From: Octopus vulgaris
Lineage: Eukaryota
DNA: 64,000 nt
Direction: 5' to 3'
NCBI GenBank assembly: GCA_951406725.2
Contig: OX597817.1
Coordinates: forward strand, 42,594,001 to 42,658,000
The notes under the pieces: model-generated
The model's database searches: none
What the model was told of the DNA's origin: nothing
The model's input: the letters and a program-made list of their open reading frames with translations, nothing else
Shown here: positions 1-12,933 of the stretch, in pieces
Numbering within the stretch: the first letter of the stretch is position 1
How the letters are laid out: each line of letters starts with the position of its first letter
Program-made: the position numbers and the translations under genes

Positions 1-240
1 AACACACCAGCATCAATTGTCAAGCAATGTTGAGGAGACAAACACAGACACACAAACACATACACACACATACATATATATATATATACGACGGGCTTCT
101 TTCAGTTTCCGTCTACCAAATCCACTCACAAGGCATTGGTCGGGCCGAGGCTATAGTAGAAGACACTTGCCCAAGGTGCCACGCAGTGGGACTGAACCCA
201 GAACCATGTAGTTGGTAAGCAAACTACTCACCACACAGCA
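1..240 (-). mobile_element. tRNA-headed CORE-type SINE (family A), partial
   Basis: Reverse complement of A/B-box head (gtggtgagtagtttg...gggttcagtccc), ccttgggcaagtgtctt core and central (TA)n; about 20 copies in window. Confidence 0.85.
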
Positions 241-836
241 ACCCCTGTCTACTTTGGCATGCTACCTATGGCTGGATGCCCATCCTAATGCCAGGTACTT
301 CAAAGAATGTTCTGGGTGCTCTATTTATGTAACACCAGCACTAGTGAAGTCACCAAGAAACACACAAATCAAAACCCCTCGACTGAGATGGAGTGCCGTA
401 TTGAGGGAGGTGGCTTTATTCCAGGTGGTGAGAGGTTAAAGTATGATAGGACAGGAACAGGTGTTTTGCTGTAGGGAAGATACATGGCTACCCCAGTTGG
501 AAAAGAAAGAGGGAAAGAGGGAGAGAGGAGAGAGAGAATATAGTGATGAAAATGTGTGTGGGCATATATATATATATATATATATATATGTTTATATGTG
601 AATTCGTGTGTTGAAACAGGGTATTGTTGTATTTGGGGATGGTCATGCTGCCAGTTTAGCCAATAAAAACAGGGGGTACTGATAATGCAGGCACATTCCC
701 ACACACACACACTTACTAAGCATAGACACACACAGGGATATGCGCATGCACAAATAAAGACATATACAACAGGAATACAAAATAGCAGGTTATTAGGAAG
801 GAGAGACACACAAAAAAGAAAGAAGAAAGCAAAGGA

Positions 837-876
837 CCACTGATGAGGTCACAGAAGTGTGACGAAAGGACTCTGG
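837..876 (+). ncRNA. Minimal type I hammerhead ribozyme motif
   Basis: CCA-CTGATGA-G-GTCACA(gaag)TGTGAC-GAAA-GGAC-TC-TGG: stem I CCA/TGG, intact core boxes, perfect 6-bp stem II, minimal stem III, CUC cleavage triplet. Confidence 0.8.
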
Positions 877-939
877 CTGAAATACAATTAATATGAAATA
901 AAGCAAGCGAACACCAAATTAGACAATTCACTGTTACAC

Positions 940-1106
940 TCACATACACACACACACACACTCATGCACACACACACACATTCATGCACACACACTCACA
1001 CACACACACACACACTCATGCACACACACACACACACTCATGCACACACACACACACACTCATGCACACACATACACACACACACACAAACTCATGTACA
1101 CACACA
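940..1106. repeat. (CA)n compound microsatellite with ctcatg interruptions
   Basis: Direct reading. Confidence 0.95.
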
Positions 1107-1166
1107 GAGGGCACACCTACAAGGGGTACAATCATATATATAACTGTACCTACCGCTTATAATATA

Positions 1167-2300
1167 CACAGATATGAAGGAAGTAAATAGACACCTTTAG
1201 TCTTTGAAATTTCTGATCTAAGCCTCTTAATGTTTTCAGCGGTGTAGAATTTATAATGTAATTATTCTTTTTCATTCCAGGTGCCATTATATTGAACATT
1301 TGTGAAGAGTAACCATGCCACACACAAAAATTCAGCAGAACTGTCAGATTTTCAAAGACATCATATTGTTGGACAATCTGAAGTTGGTCATAGCCAGCGA
1401 AAAATTGACAAAAATCTTCAAATTCCTCTTGCTACTGTTAACAGAGTTATAGTGCAATTCAAAAGCCAAGGAAAAGAATCAACAGATTCTCGTCCCAGCC
1501 AACCTGTGCCTTCGTAAAGGAAGCTTTGCTGTTTGAAGAGAATTGTGGAAAACAAACCCCATTCAAAGGCTTCTGACATTGCAAAACAACTAGAAGTTAA
1601 TCCAAGAGCATGTGTTACATATCTGCATAAGCTTGGGTATTATGGACAAGCAGCTAGAAGAAAACCTCTCCTTCAACCAATTAATATCATGAAAAGAAAG
1701 AAATGGGCTAAAGAGATATCAGAAAAATCCAGTTCATTTTGGAATATAGTGATTTTCTCAGATGAATCCAGATTTGCATTATTTTCAGACAGTGGACGTG
1801 TTTGGGTCTAGAGGTTTCTCAACCAAGAATTTGATTTGAAACGACCCCAACCAACTGTGAAACATGGCAGTATCTCTATAATGGTATGGGGAGCTGTGAC
1901 CAGCAATGGTCGTTCTGAGCTGATCAAACGTGTTGGAACCATAAACTCTGAAAAATACATTGAAATACTTAAGCAATGACTACTTCCAATGTATTTACAT
2001 GATAACATAATGAAAAATGAGCTTTTATTCATGGAAGATGGGGCTCCATGCCACATAGCAAAAAGGAATCAACAATGGTTGACTGAAAATGGGATCAAAA
2101 AGCTTCCTTGGCCAAGCCAATCTCCTGTCACGAACCCCATTGAAAATCTTTGTAGCATACTACATAGAGCTATATGAAAAACTCAACAGAAACCTAGATC
2201 TAAAGAAGAATTGTTTCGATTGCTGCGGGAAAAGTAGGCAGAAATTCCACAAGAGATAATCACAAAGCTCATCAGTTCAATGCCAAAAAGAGTTGCCAGC
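1167..2300 (+). pseudogene. Decayed Tc1-family (DD34E) transposase
   Basis: ORF pieces 1302-2177 give a paired-like HTH N-terminus ([12 protein letters not shown]), ARRKPLL, FSDESRF, FMEDGAPCH, WPSQSPVTNPIENL and LISSMPKRV; frameshifts and stops; 3' end lost in (GAT)n. Confidence 0.93.
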
Positions 2301-2595
2301 GATATTGATGGAGATGGTGATGATGATGATGATGATGACGACAATGACAAAGAAAATGATGAAGATGATGAAGATGATGATGATTATGATGATGATTATG
2401 ATGATGATGTCAACAACAATGACGACGACAATGATGATAATGATGACGATGGTGATGATGATGATAACAACGATGCCGACGATGACAATGATGATGATGA
2501 TGACGATGACAATGACAAAGAAAATGATGCCGATGATGAAGATGATGATGATTATGATGATGATGTCAACAACAATGACGACGACGACAATGATG

Positions 2596-2627
<32 letters not shown>

Positions 2628-2672
2628 AACAACGATGCCGACGATGACAACAATGATGATGATGATGACAAT
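2301..2672. repeat. (GAT/GAC/AAC)n compound repeat with an internal ~175-bp higher-order duplication
   Basis: gacaatgacaaagaaaatgatg...gtcaacaacaatgacg...aacgatgccgacgatgac occurs twice. Confidence 0.9.
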
Positions 2673-2725
2673 GTACCTACCAGAATCAGTGATGAACCTT
2701 AGTGTAACATCAACATCTAGGACAG

Positions 2726-2844
2726 TGCTGCTGCTGCTTCTGCTGCTACTTCTGCTTCTGCTGCTACTTCTGCTTCTGCTGCTACTTCTGCTTCTGCTGC
2801 TACTTCTGCTTCTGCTGCTACTTCTGCTTCTGCTTCTGCTGACT

Positions 2845-2875
<31 letters not shown>
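2726..2875. repeat. 18-bp tandem repeat (ctgctgctacttctgctt)n
   Basis: Direct reading. Confidence 0.95.
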
Positions 2876-2877
<2 letters not shown>

Positions 2878-3106
2878 ATTCAAATGCAAAAGCAAAAGTC
2901 CTAGACTTTGTCTCCTAAAAATCTGATTGACAAAGTTTCCTCTTACACTCCTACAGAAGAGTCTCTTTAAACAGTTGTAAATTCATGTCTCCCCCATGTT
3001 TGCTTTTCCACCAATTCCAGTTATTGACACTGCAAAGTGGAAAATCTGCTGTTTTGATATTTGAATACTCTGTCTGTGCAACAAATTTCAGCACCTTATA
3101 TTCTAT

Positions 3107-3259
3107 ACCATCATCACCACCACCACCACCACCACCACCATCATCATCGACATCATTGCCGCTGCCGCCTCCGCCACCACCATCACCATCATCTTGATCA
3201 TCATCCTGATCATCATCAACATTATCACTGCCACAACCACCATCACCGTCAACATTATC

Positions 3260-3291
<32 letters not shown>

Positions 3292-3720
3292 CATCATCAA
3301 CACCATCATCATCATCAACATCATCACCACTGCAACCACCACCACCACCTTCATCACCATCACCACTTTCATCACCATCCCCACCACCACCATCACCGGC
3401 ACCACCGGCACCACCACCACTACTTTCATCACCACCACCATCACCACCACCTCCATCTCTATCATCTTCACCACCACCACCACCACTATCACCATCACCA
3501 TCACCATCATCATCAGTATCATCACCACTCCCAACACCAGTATCATCATCATCATAATCATCAGCAGCAACAGTAGCTTTGTCGTCATCACCACTATCAG
3601 CAGCAGCATCGACATTATCATCATCATCATCACCACTATCATGACCACCACCACAACCACCACCACCAGTATCAGCATCATCATCATCATCATCATCATC
3701 ATATTCACCACCACCATCGT
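3107..3720. repeat. (CAT/CAC)n degenerate trinucleotide tract
   Basis: Direct reading. Confidence 0.95.
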
Positions 3721-4288
3721 TTTTTAATGTCTATTTCCACTATGATAGTACATAAAGTTTACGGATGCATATGTCTGCGTGTATATGCGTGCATGCACGT
3801 TTATACGTGCACGTGTGTGTGTGTGCACGCAAACGTATTTATACATGTGTGTGTCTGTGTGTCTGTGTGTGTGTGTGTGTGTGTGTGTCTGTGTATGTAC
3901 ATGTGTGTGTGTGAAAGAGGGAGAGAGAGAGAAAGAGAGGCGGGGTGAAGATGTGCATGTCAGTGTGTTTAACTGTTAGATTATTAATACAAGAGAATTA
4001 AAAATATGCTTTTACCGAAAACTCATGAAATCTAAGTTTGTTCCCCACATCAAATATCTTGCAATGCTTTTCGGTACTGCAGTGACATGACTCAGTAATA
4101 AGTCCTTTGATGTTGGCAGAAATCAAGATCTCTATAGCAACCTTCGTGGATACATGGAATCAATTTAAAGTTTAATTTAATTACAATCACACTGTACAGT
4201 AACATATTTGTACAGTACACATCTAAAGACTAACATATTTTCACAAGTCTTTAATCAACCAGTATAAAATCAGCTATAAGTCCCAACA

Positions 4289-4802
4289 TCTCTCTGTCTC
4301 TCTCTATTTCTCTCTTTTCCCTTCTCTCTCCTCTCTCTCTTTCTCTTCTCTCTCTCTTCCCCTCTCTCCCTCTTTATCTATCTGTCTTTTTCTCTCTCTC
4401 TATTTCTCTTTTTCTCTCTCTCTCTCTCTTTCCCTCTCTCACCTGCTCTCTCTTTCTCTGTTTCTCTCTTTTTCCCCCACTCTCTCTCTCTTCCCTCTAT
4501 ATATTTCTCTCTTCTCCCTTTCTATGTCTCTCTTTTCCCCTCTCTCCCCCTCTCTCCCCTCTCTGTCTCTTCCCTTCTCTCTCCCTTCCCCTCTTTTTCC
4601 TTCTCTCTGTATCTCTCTCTCTTCACCCTCTCTCTCCCCCTCTCTCTGTCTCTTCCCTTCTCCCTCTCTCTCCCTCTCTCTCCCTCTCTCTCCCTCTCTC
4701 TCCCTCTCTCTTCCCCCTCTCTCTGTCTCTCTATCTCTTCCCCCTCTCTCTGTCTCTCTCTCTTCCCCCTCTCTGTCTCTCTCCTTCCCCTCTCTCTCTC
4801 TC
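4289..4802. repeat. (CT)n-rich polypyrimidine tract
   Basis: About 510 nt almost entirely C/T on the + strand. Confidence 0.95.
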
Positions 4803-4809
4803 GTCTGAT

Positions 4810-5112
4810 AACTAAACTGGAACCCCATCGGTTACGATGACGAGGGTTCCAGTTGATCCGATCAACAGAACAGCCTGCTCCTGAAATTTAATGGGCAAGT
4901 GGCTGAGCACTCCACAGACACATCTACCATTAATGTAGTTATCAGGGAGACTAAGAATATGTCAAAGCTGGCCCTTTGAATTACAGCTGAGTGGACTGGA
5001 GCAAGGTGGAATGAAGTGTCTTGCTCAAGGGCTCAATGTGTCACCAGGAACTGAACTCAAGACCTTATGATTGTGAACTGAATGCTCTAAACACTAAGCT
5101 ACATACCTTCAC
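4810..5112 (-). mobile_element. tRNA-headed CORE-type SINE (distinct family)
   Basis: Minus strand gives an A box (gtagcttagtgttt), B box (gagttcagttcc), ccttgagcaagacactt core and a 3' hairpin aactggaaccc...gggttccagtt. Confidence 0.7.
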
Positions 5113-5244
5113 CAACTGATAACTATTTTCGTGGGAGCTCAAGCTAATGAGGGAGCTTCAAGGTGGTTGCCCGAATAGCAGTCAAATCCACTCCTAACCC
5201 CACCCTACCTTCATGACAAAAGAATTCTTTTATTCTTCTTATTC

Positions 5245-5434
5245 TTTAACGTCCGCTTTCCATGCTAGCATGGGTTGGACGGTTCAACTGGGGTCTGGGG
5301 AGCCCGAAGGCTGCACCAGGCCAGTCAGATCTGTAGAAACACTGCCAGATCTGACTGGCCTGGTGCAGCCTTCGGGCTCCCCAGACCCCAGTTGAACCGT
5401 CCAACCCATGCTAGCATGGAAAGCGGACGTTAAA
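5245..5434. repeat. Perfect foldback of the 3' end of the (GAT)n-tailed RTE-related SINE
   Basis: 89-bp arms 5245-5333 and 5346-5434 are exact reverse complements; 12-nt loop. Confidence 0.95.
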
Positions 5435-5450
5435 TGATGATGATGATGAT

Positions 5451-5682
5451 TATTTATTTATATTATTTACAATTGATGGATATTTGTCCTCATCTTGTTT
5501 GTTGTTAACACGTTTTGGCTGATATACCCTCCAGCCTTCATCAGATGTCTTGATGAAATTTCGAACCTGTGTTCTCATTCCTAAGATATTTTTCAATGTT
5601 GTTGTTATTATTATTATTATTATTATTATTCAGGTCACTGCCTGAAATCGAATTCAGAATCTTGGGGATGATGATGATGATG

Positions 5683-5764
<82 letters not shown>

Positions 5765-5904
5765 TACCTTAGGAATGAGAACCCAGGTCCAAAATTTCCC
5801 CCCAGACACCTGATAAAAGCTGGAGGGTATATCAGCCACAAAGTTGTGTTAACAACAAACAAGATAAGGACAAATATCTGTCAAATGTAAACAATGTAAA
5901 TAAT
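5451..5904. mobile_element. Inverted pair of (TAA)n-associated elements with degenerate hammerheads; left copy has a tRNA T-arm-like piece
   Basis: Arms ~5451-5594 and ~5761-5904 are reverse complements. Hammerhead acac-CTGATGA-A-GGCTG..CAGCC-(G>A)AAAC-GTT-gtgt at 5507-5548(-) and 5806-5849(+); B-box-like ctgaattcgatttcag at 5631-5667(-). Confidence 0.75.
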
Positions 5905-5944
5905 GTACATAATTTCTCATCTCTTAAATATAGAACTGTATTAC

Positions 5945-6148
5945 TTATTCTTTTACTTATTTCAGTCATTTGACTGTGGCCATGCTACAGCGCCACCTTT
6001 AGTCGAACAAACTGAGCCCAGAACTCATTCTTTGTAAGCCTAATACTTATTCTATCGGTGTCTTTTGCCAAACCACTAAGTTACGGGGACGTAAACACAC
6101 CAACAACAGTTGTCAAGCAATGGTAGGGGGACAAATACGGACACACAA

Positions 6149-6191
<43 letters not shown>

Positions 6192-6352
6192 ACGGGCTTC
6201 TTTCAGTTTCCATCTACCAAATCTATTCACAAGGCTTTGGTCATCCCAAGGCTATATAGTAGAAGACACTTGCCCAATGTGCCACACAGTAGGACTGAAC
6301 CTGGAACCATGTGGTTGAGAAGCAAGCTTCTTAGCACACAGCCATGCCTGCA
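5945..6352 (-). mobile_element. SINE family A (CORE-type), full length
   Basis: Matches other copies from head to tail. Confidence 0.9.
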
Positions 6353-6607
6353 CCTAAAAATAATTGGTAAAAATATGGTACATGTTACTAGGCCATACTC
6401 AATCATGAATGACTGTTGATTGTACAACACTCTAAGCTGACTGAATTAACAAAAGGCTCCTTAATGAGACTTGATTTAACTAATTAAAACTAATATTAAC
6501 CCTTTAGCATTTAAACCGGCTATATCTGGCCAAAATATTATTCCTTTTTTATGTTTAAACTGACCAGATCTGGCCACCTAAACCAAATATTATTCTAAAA
6601 ATTAACA

Positions 6608-6820
6608 AGGCGGTGAGCTGGCAGAATCGTTAGCATACCGGGTGAAATGCTTAGCAGTATTTCATCTGCCGTTATGTTCTGAGTTTAGATTCCACCAGGA
6701 TCAACTTTACCTTTCATCCTTTCAGGGTTGAAGAAATAAGTACCAGTTACACACTGGGATCAATGTAATCAACTTGTCCCACAAAAAAAATCTTCAAGGC
6801 CTTGTGCCTAGAGTAGAAAT
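6608..6820 (+). mobile_element. tRNA-headed Nin/Deu-domain SINE (family B)
   Basis: ggcggtgagctggcagaatcgttagc head followed by cctttcatcctttcagggttga..aataagtaccag domain. Confidence 0.85.
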
Positions 6821-6989
6821 ATTTATTCTAAAAATTAACAGTTACGTCATCAAAATCTCGTGGTTACAAGATCATGCATGACTAATTTAAAACAATGAGA
6901 ATAAATAAGCATTATTTTTCACAGAATAATCTGATTGCTAAAGGGTTAATCACAACTGTCATCAAACTCTAATTGTAATTGCCTGCTAT

Positions 6990-7307
6990 TTTATTTATTA
7001 TTTATGCGCCCTTTTCAAGCCTAGCAGGTTCATGGGCCCAGTTTCCCGGTTTCTATGATGCATGTGTTTCCCCCCAGCTGGATGGGATGCTGGTCCATCG
7101 CAACATTACTCAAGAAACAGAAAGAAAGAGTGAGAGAAAGCTGGGACGAAAGAGTACAACAGGGGTCGCCACCACCCCCTGCCAGAGCCTCGTGGAGCTT
7201 TAGGTGTTTTCGCTCCATAAACACACACAATACCTGGTCTAGGAATTGAAACCGTGATCCTCCAACTGTGAGTCCACTGCTCTAACCACTGGGCCAATGC
7301 ACCTCCA
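6990..7307 (-). mobile_element. tRNA-headed V-domain-like SINE (family C)
   Basis: Minus strand head ggaggtgcattggcccagtggttagagc and body similar to copies at 14001, 42547 and 55855. Confidence 0.8.
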
Positions 7308-7461
7308 CAATTGCATGCTAGTGGTATGAATTTTTTGCAGAATATTTTAAAATTAAAAAGTAATATTTTTTTATGCAAAAAAATTGTGGCTGTTTAACCA
7401 GGCATTGCTGCAGGCTGGACCTGGCCCATGAGAAGTATGTTTGGTACCCCTGTTATATATA

Positions 7462-7682
7462 CTCTTCACTCTTTTATTTGTTTCAGTCATTTGACTGTGG
7501 CCATGCTGGAGCACCACTTTTAGTCAAGCAAATCAACCCCAGGACTTATTCTTTGTAAGCCTAGTACTTATACTATCGGTCTCTCTTGCCGAACTGCTAA
7601 GTTACGGGGACATAAACACACCATCATCGGTTGTCAAGCAATGTTGGGGGACAAACACACACACACAAACATATACACACAC

Positions 7683-7749
<67 letters not shown>

Positions 7750-7916
7750 CATATATGCAACGGGCTTCTTTCAGTTTCCGTCTACCAAATCCACTCACAA
7801 GGCTTTGGTTGGCCCACAGCTAAAGTAGAAGACACTTGCCCAAGGTGCCATGCAGTGGGACTGAACCCAGAACCATGTAGTTGGTAAGCAAGCTACTTAC
7901 CATACAGCCACTCCTA
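7462..7916 (-). mobile_element. SINE family A, full length
   Basis: Similarity to other copies. Confidence 0.9.
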
Positions 7917-8459
7917 TATATATTAAAATAAAAAGAACTAAATAATTTTTAAAATGTTAATTTTAATAAACATATCCCAGTACTCTAATTTGAATGTGTT
8001 AATTAATAATCATACTTAACACCAACGTTAATACATTAATTAATAATGAATAATTATTTATTAACATGTACAACAGCTCAATTAAATGCTAAACGATGAT
8101 TGGTTAATAACAAAGGAAATGTTTCTATATTGACTTCATCTTATAAAATCATTCATTGTTAAAATAACTTGAGTTCATGATTCAGAACATGTGAACCCCA
8201 GAGAAATTCTATGTCTGACACTGAGGCATGGCTGTGTGGTTAAGAAGCTCACTTTGTGACCATGTGGTTATAGGTTCAGTCCCACTATGCAGTACCTCAG
8301 GCAGGTGTCTTCTACTGTTGCACCAGGCCAACCAATGGTGAAACTCATGACTATAAGGGTAACTGAAATTTTTATTCACTCAAATGTCTTGCTCATGTAC
8401 AAACAACATGCTTTAATGTAAGAATGTTTTCTCGTGATTTTGGGGGCTTTGACTGCCAT

Positions 8460-8615
8460 TTTTAGCATGTAAGAAATTCACATGGTGGTTTTCTCTCCAT
8501 GTATATTTCATACACTATTATGTCTAAAAATATTTGTGTCTTCTGACTCTTATTATGCATGCTAACCACAGGTATAAATTGTTTAATAGTTCTTACCCTT
8601 GTATTTATAAAGTTG
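8460..8615 (+). mobile_element. 3' fragment of the pLTR-like family also at 17747-18050, ending in (TA)n
   Basis: tttagcatgtaag..ggtggttttc..ttatgcatg..ggtataaattg..ttacccttgtattt is the reverse complement of 17747-17885. Confidence 0.6.
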
Positions 8616-8872
8616 TATATATATATATACATACACACACACACACATATATATACACATACACACACACACACACACATGCGACGACAGGCTTCTTTCA
8701 GTTTCTGTCTATCAAATCTACTCACAAGGCTTTGATCGGCCCGAAGCTATAGTGGAAGACACTTACCCAAGGTGCCACACAGTGGGACTGAACCCGGAAC
8801 CATGTGGTTGGTAAGCAAGCTACTTACCACATAGCCATACAAATACATACATGTATATATATATATATATAA

Positions 8873-8924
<52 letters not shown>

Positions 8925-8984
8925 GTGTGTATATATATGTGTGTGTGTGTGTGGGTGTGTGTGTGTGTGTATATTTCAATATGT

Positions 8985-9185
8985 GACTGCATGTGTATCG
9001 TTGGCGATTTTCTTCCTCCGTCTTCCCTTTTTGGGACTTTTTCTATATTTCTGATGAAGAGCTCCACTTGAAACATGAAATCCTCTTCCTTTTCTTTCCT
9101 TACTTAAGCATCCAATAACACTGTACTTGTTCCACGTCCTCACATTGTTGTTTTTTCTTGTTTGTTCATGTTTGGATTAACTATA
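8985..9185 (+). mobile_element. pLTR-like element with degenerate hammerhead at 9048-9080
   Basis: TTT-CTGATGA-A-GAGC(tcc)ACTT-GAAA-CATG-AAA, explained mainly by CpG decay; ends in (TA)n; downstream sequence resembles the 45511-45845 family. Confidence 0.65.
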
Positions 9186-9254
9186 AATATATATATATAT
9201 ATATATATATGTATAAGGATATATATATGTATATATATTTAACTTTATAAATAC

Positions 9255-9880
9255 AAATCTGCTTTCCATGCTGGCATGGATTGGACAGTTTGACTGAGGA
9301 CTGGTAAGCCAGAAGGCTGCACCAGGTTCAATCTGATCTTGCAAAGTTTCTACAGCTTAATGCCCTTCCTAACGCCAACCACTCTGAGAGTGTAGTGGGC
9401 GCTTTTATGCACCACCGGCACGAGGGTCGGTCAGGCAGTTCTGGCAACGACCATGCTCAAAAGGTGTTTTTTACGTGCTACCTGCATGGGAGCCAATCCG
9501 GCAGCAGACCATGGTTGAATGTTGTTTTACACATGCCACCAGCACATGTGCTGATAAAGCAACGCTGGCTGCAATCAAGCTCGAATGGTGCTTTTTACAT
9601 GCCACCAGCACGGGAGCCAGTCCGTGGCCTTTGTATTGATCACATTCGGATGTGTTTTTAACATTCCACTGACACAAGTGCCAATCAGGTGGTACTGTCA
9701 TCGGCCATGTCAGCAATTTTGATTTCACTTGCTTCAATAGGTCTTCACAAGCAAAGTTTATTGTCTAATGAATGAGTGGTGTTCATAAGTAGGCTGGTTA
9801 CACCCACTAGGATAGGCCACGGGCTATGGACTCACTTGGCTTGTCGGGTCTTCTCAAGCACAGCATATCTCCAAAGGTCT
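9255..9880 (-). mobile_element. RTE-related (GAT)n-tailed SINE-like repeat (family D) with tandem ~65-bp internal modules
   Basis: tggttggcgttaggaagggcat motif and repeated tggcacgtaaaaagcacc modules. Confidence 0.8.
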
Positions 9881-11097
9881 CGGTGTGCATGTGACTTAAT
9901 ATTTATGTTGTGTTTGTTTCTCCACCACTACAACTGGTGTTGGTTTGTTTACATCTCTATAACTCAGTGGTTCAGCAAAAGAGACCAATAGAATATGTAC
10001 CAGACTTTGAAAAAAAAAACACATACTGAAGTTGATTTCTTCAACTAAACTCTTCAAGGTTGTGCCCCAGTGTGGCCACATTCCATTGACTGGAACAAAT
10101 AAAATGGTAGATATGCAAGAACCTCGATGGATTGCTTTTTTGTTTGTTTTACGGGGGGGGGGGGTAGATTTTTATTTTTTTGTTGTTTTTTTTTATTTTT
10201 TTGTTTTTGTGTTTGTTTTGTTTTTGTTTTTGCTTTTTTGTTGTTGTTGTTTTCATAAATCTCCACAGAATAAAAGCATTCTCAAAAATTACATTCAGAG
10301 ATTTTGTTCAAACAAATGTTTCTCTAGCGCTGTCCCATTATGGTTGTAGCTTCAGTGGCTGGAAGCAATAAAAGATTTAAGACGAAGAATAATAAAACGA
10401 CATATGTATCTTATTTTGATATCTAGTTATATTACCGCTGTATATTTAGACTGTGTTTATAACTTTAAATTATTTGTATATGTTAACATAATCTCCTTGT
10501 GTAGATAAAATAAGCTTAAATGGAGACAACAGCTGGAACTGTCTGCATTCAATAGTTGAGTCATGCTAAAGAGATATGCAAAAAAAAAACAACACAATCA
10601 GCTTTTTATATCTAAATAACATTAAATAGATCTTTTCAAAGTTGTCGTTCATCTTCACTTACATACGCAATACTTGCCCATTCATTGAACTTCTTATATA
10701 ACATTGATTTCTAGTTTTGGCTCGAGGCCACATATTTTCCAGGAAGGGATATAGTCAATCAGATCAGACCAGTACTAAATTAGGATATAAGCTACATGGG
10801 TTTCATTTTAGGGCCTTACAATCTATAGGAGCCCTCAAAATAATTAAAAGATGTGTGTATTTTGTTTTGGGGGAGAGGGTTGAGATTTTCTTGGTTTCTT
10901 TTTCCGAACACGGGACCTCCAAGCTTGCAGTTTCAAGTAGTTTAGGCCATCATCAATTCTAAATCTGGCTCTGAATCAAAACCACTGTTTCACTGCTACT
11001 AATATATCTGATTTGCTTAGTTATTTTACATCACAACTGGAGACCAATAATGTCATCTGTTTTCAGTTTTTAACGGTTTAGTTACTAATTCACACCA

Positions 11098-11330
11098 TTT
11101 CTTATTTCTTATTTCTTTATTGCTCACAAGGGGCTAAACATAGAGGGGACAAACAAGGACAGACAAAGGAATTAAGTCGATTACATCGACCCCGGTGCGT
11201 AACTGGTACTTAATTTATCGACCCCGAAAGGATGAAATGCAAAGTTGACCTTGGTGGAATTTGAACTCATAACGTAACGGCAGACGAAATACCAGTAAGC
11301 ATTTTGTCTGGTGTGCTAAGGATTCTGCTG
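11098..11330 (-). mobile_element. SINE family B (Nin/Deu)
   Basis: ctggtacttaatttatcgaccccgaaaggatgaaa. Confidence 0.9.
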
Positions 11331-11509
11331 GAAGCAAGAATCACAAGAGAGTATCTTGTAATTCAGTACAGAACAAAGATTGCAAGAGATTTTGTTTGGA
11401 TTATTTTAAAGAGTACAACAGTAATGTTTACATCCTGTACTGATATACAGCAGCAAAGGCTGAACACACACACACACACATAAATACATATGTAAAAGCA
11501 CACACATAC

Positions 11510-11864
11510 ATCATCATTCATCATCGTCATCATCATCGTTTAACGTCCGCTTTCCATGCTAGCATGGGTTGGATGATTTGACTGAGGGCTGGTGAACCAG
11601 ATGGCTGCACCAGGCTCCAATCTTGATCTGGCAGAGTTTCTACAGCTGGATGCCCTTCCTAACGCCAACCACTCCGAGAGTGTAGTGGGTGCCACCGACA
11701 TGGGGCCTGTCAGGCAGTACTGGCAACAACCTCGCTCGAATCTTTTTACACATGCCATTGGCACAGGTGCCAGTAAGGCGACACTGGTAATGATCACACT
11801 CAAATGATGCGTTTTACATGCCACCGAAATGGAAGCCAGTTAGCCACTCTGGCAACGATCACGA
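11510..11864 (-). mobile_element. SINE-like family D
   Basis: (CAT)n tail followed by tttaacgtccgctttccatgctagc. Confidence 0.85.
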
Positions 11865-11933
11865 CATATGCATGAGAATATATACATAAAACAAAAATCT
11901 GCACATACATACATACATACATACATACATACA

Positions 11934-11969
<36 letters not shown>

Positions 11970-12260
11970 TACATACAAAAATACCGTTGTTGATGATGAA
12001 ATTCCAATGAAGGAACCTTGAATCTAGGTTAGAAACCAGTTCTTTCTCTATTGGCAAGAAATCTTGAAATAAACTGAATAATGACATACATGCATACATA
12101 CATACATACATACATACAAACATACACACACACAGACGTACATACACACACACACACACATACATACATACATACATACATACATACATACATACATACA
12201 TACATACATACATACATACATACATACATACATACATACATACATACATACATACATACA
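11865..12260 (+). mobile_element. 3' end of a (CATA)n-associated R4/Dong-like element
   Basis: atatgcatgagaatatatacataa..aatctgcac-(TACA)n-105-bp module-(TACA)n, same order as 23950-24220. Confidence 0.75.
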
Positions 12261-12933
12261 AAATGGGGGGCTCCAAGATAGCCTTGGCTATGCTGGGTAA
12301 TATAAACTAAAGAACAGTATATGACTGGCTTCCACAAAGTTTTCATCAACCAAATTCTAATCCCAAATTATTGTAAACAGACTCAGTAGACAGCTTTTCA
12401 TTTGTTGCCTGTACATACAATCTTCCATAGGCACCCAGTCCTGAATTCTTCTCTATATAATGCATTCAAAACCCACCTATATAATTGGTATAAAGTTGCT
12501 CTCCAGCATAACCCAAACTCTGGACCCTTAACAAGCAATCTCCTTGGTAGACAGCAATGGCTGAAGTTTGATGTCACCCTGTGCTCTGCAGTAGGATCAG
12601 AAAGTAACATGTTTAGAAGTGGAATTAAAATCCAACCATCTGGAATGTAAAAGTACACAAGTACAGACCATGAATCCTCATATCTGACTTTGCCCTCTTT
12701 CTACCATCCCCCCACCTTCTTGTAATAATACTGAATCCATTTTGTTGAAGCAGTTAGTTTTAGAACTGGACATATGCTCTCCACTCCCTCCCACTACTAG
12801 CCCTAACCCACCTATGGTTGGAGTTTGTTATTTGTTCAGTTAGGCAAACTCTAGCAGGCAATTATGTGCTTTGTTCAAAGGCCCAACACAGCAGCTCTAG
12901 TACTACAGTGCAAAGGTTTGAAATTATATTCTA

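Noticed and set aside
2280-3727. Long poly-D/M/H/T/L ORFs
   Set aside because: Translations of trinucleotide repeats with no splice context; the same applies to YIYI, VCVC and MYVC ORFs throughout the window.
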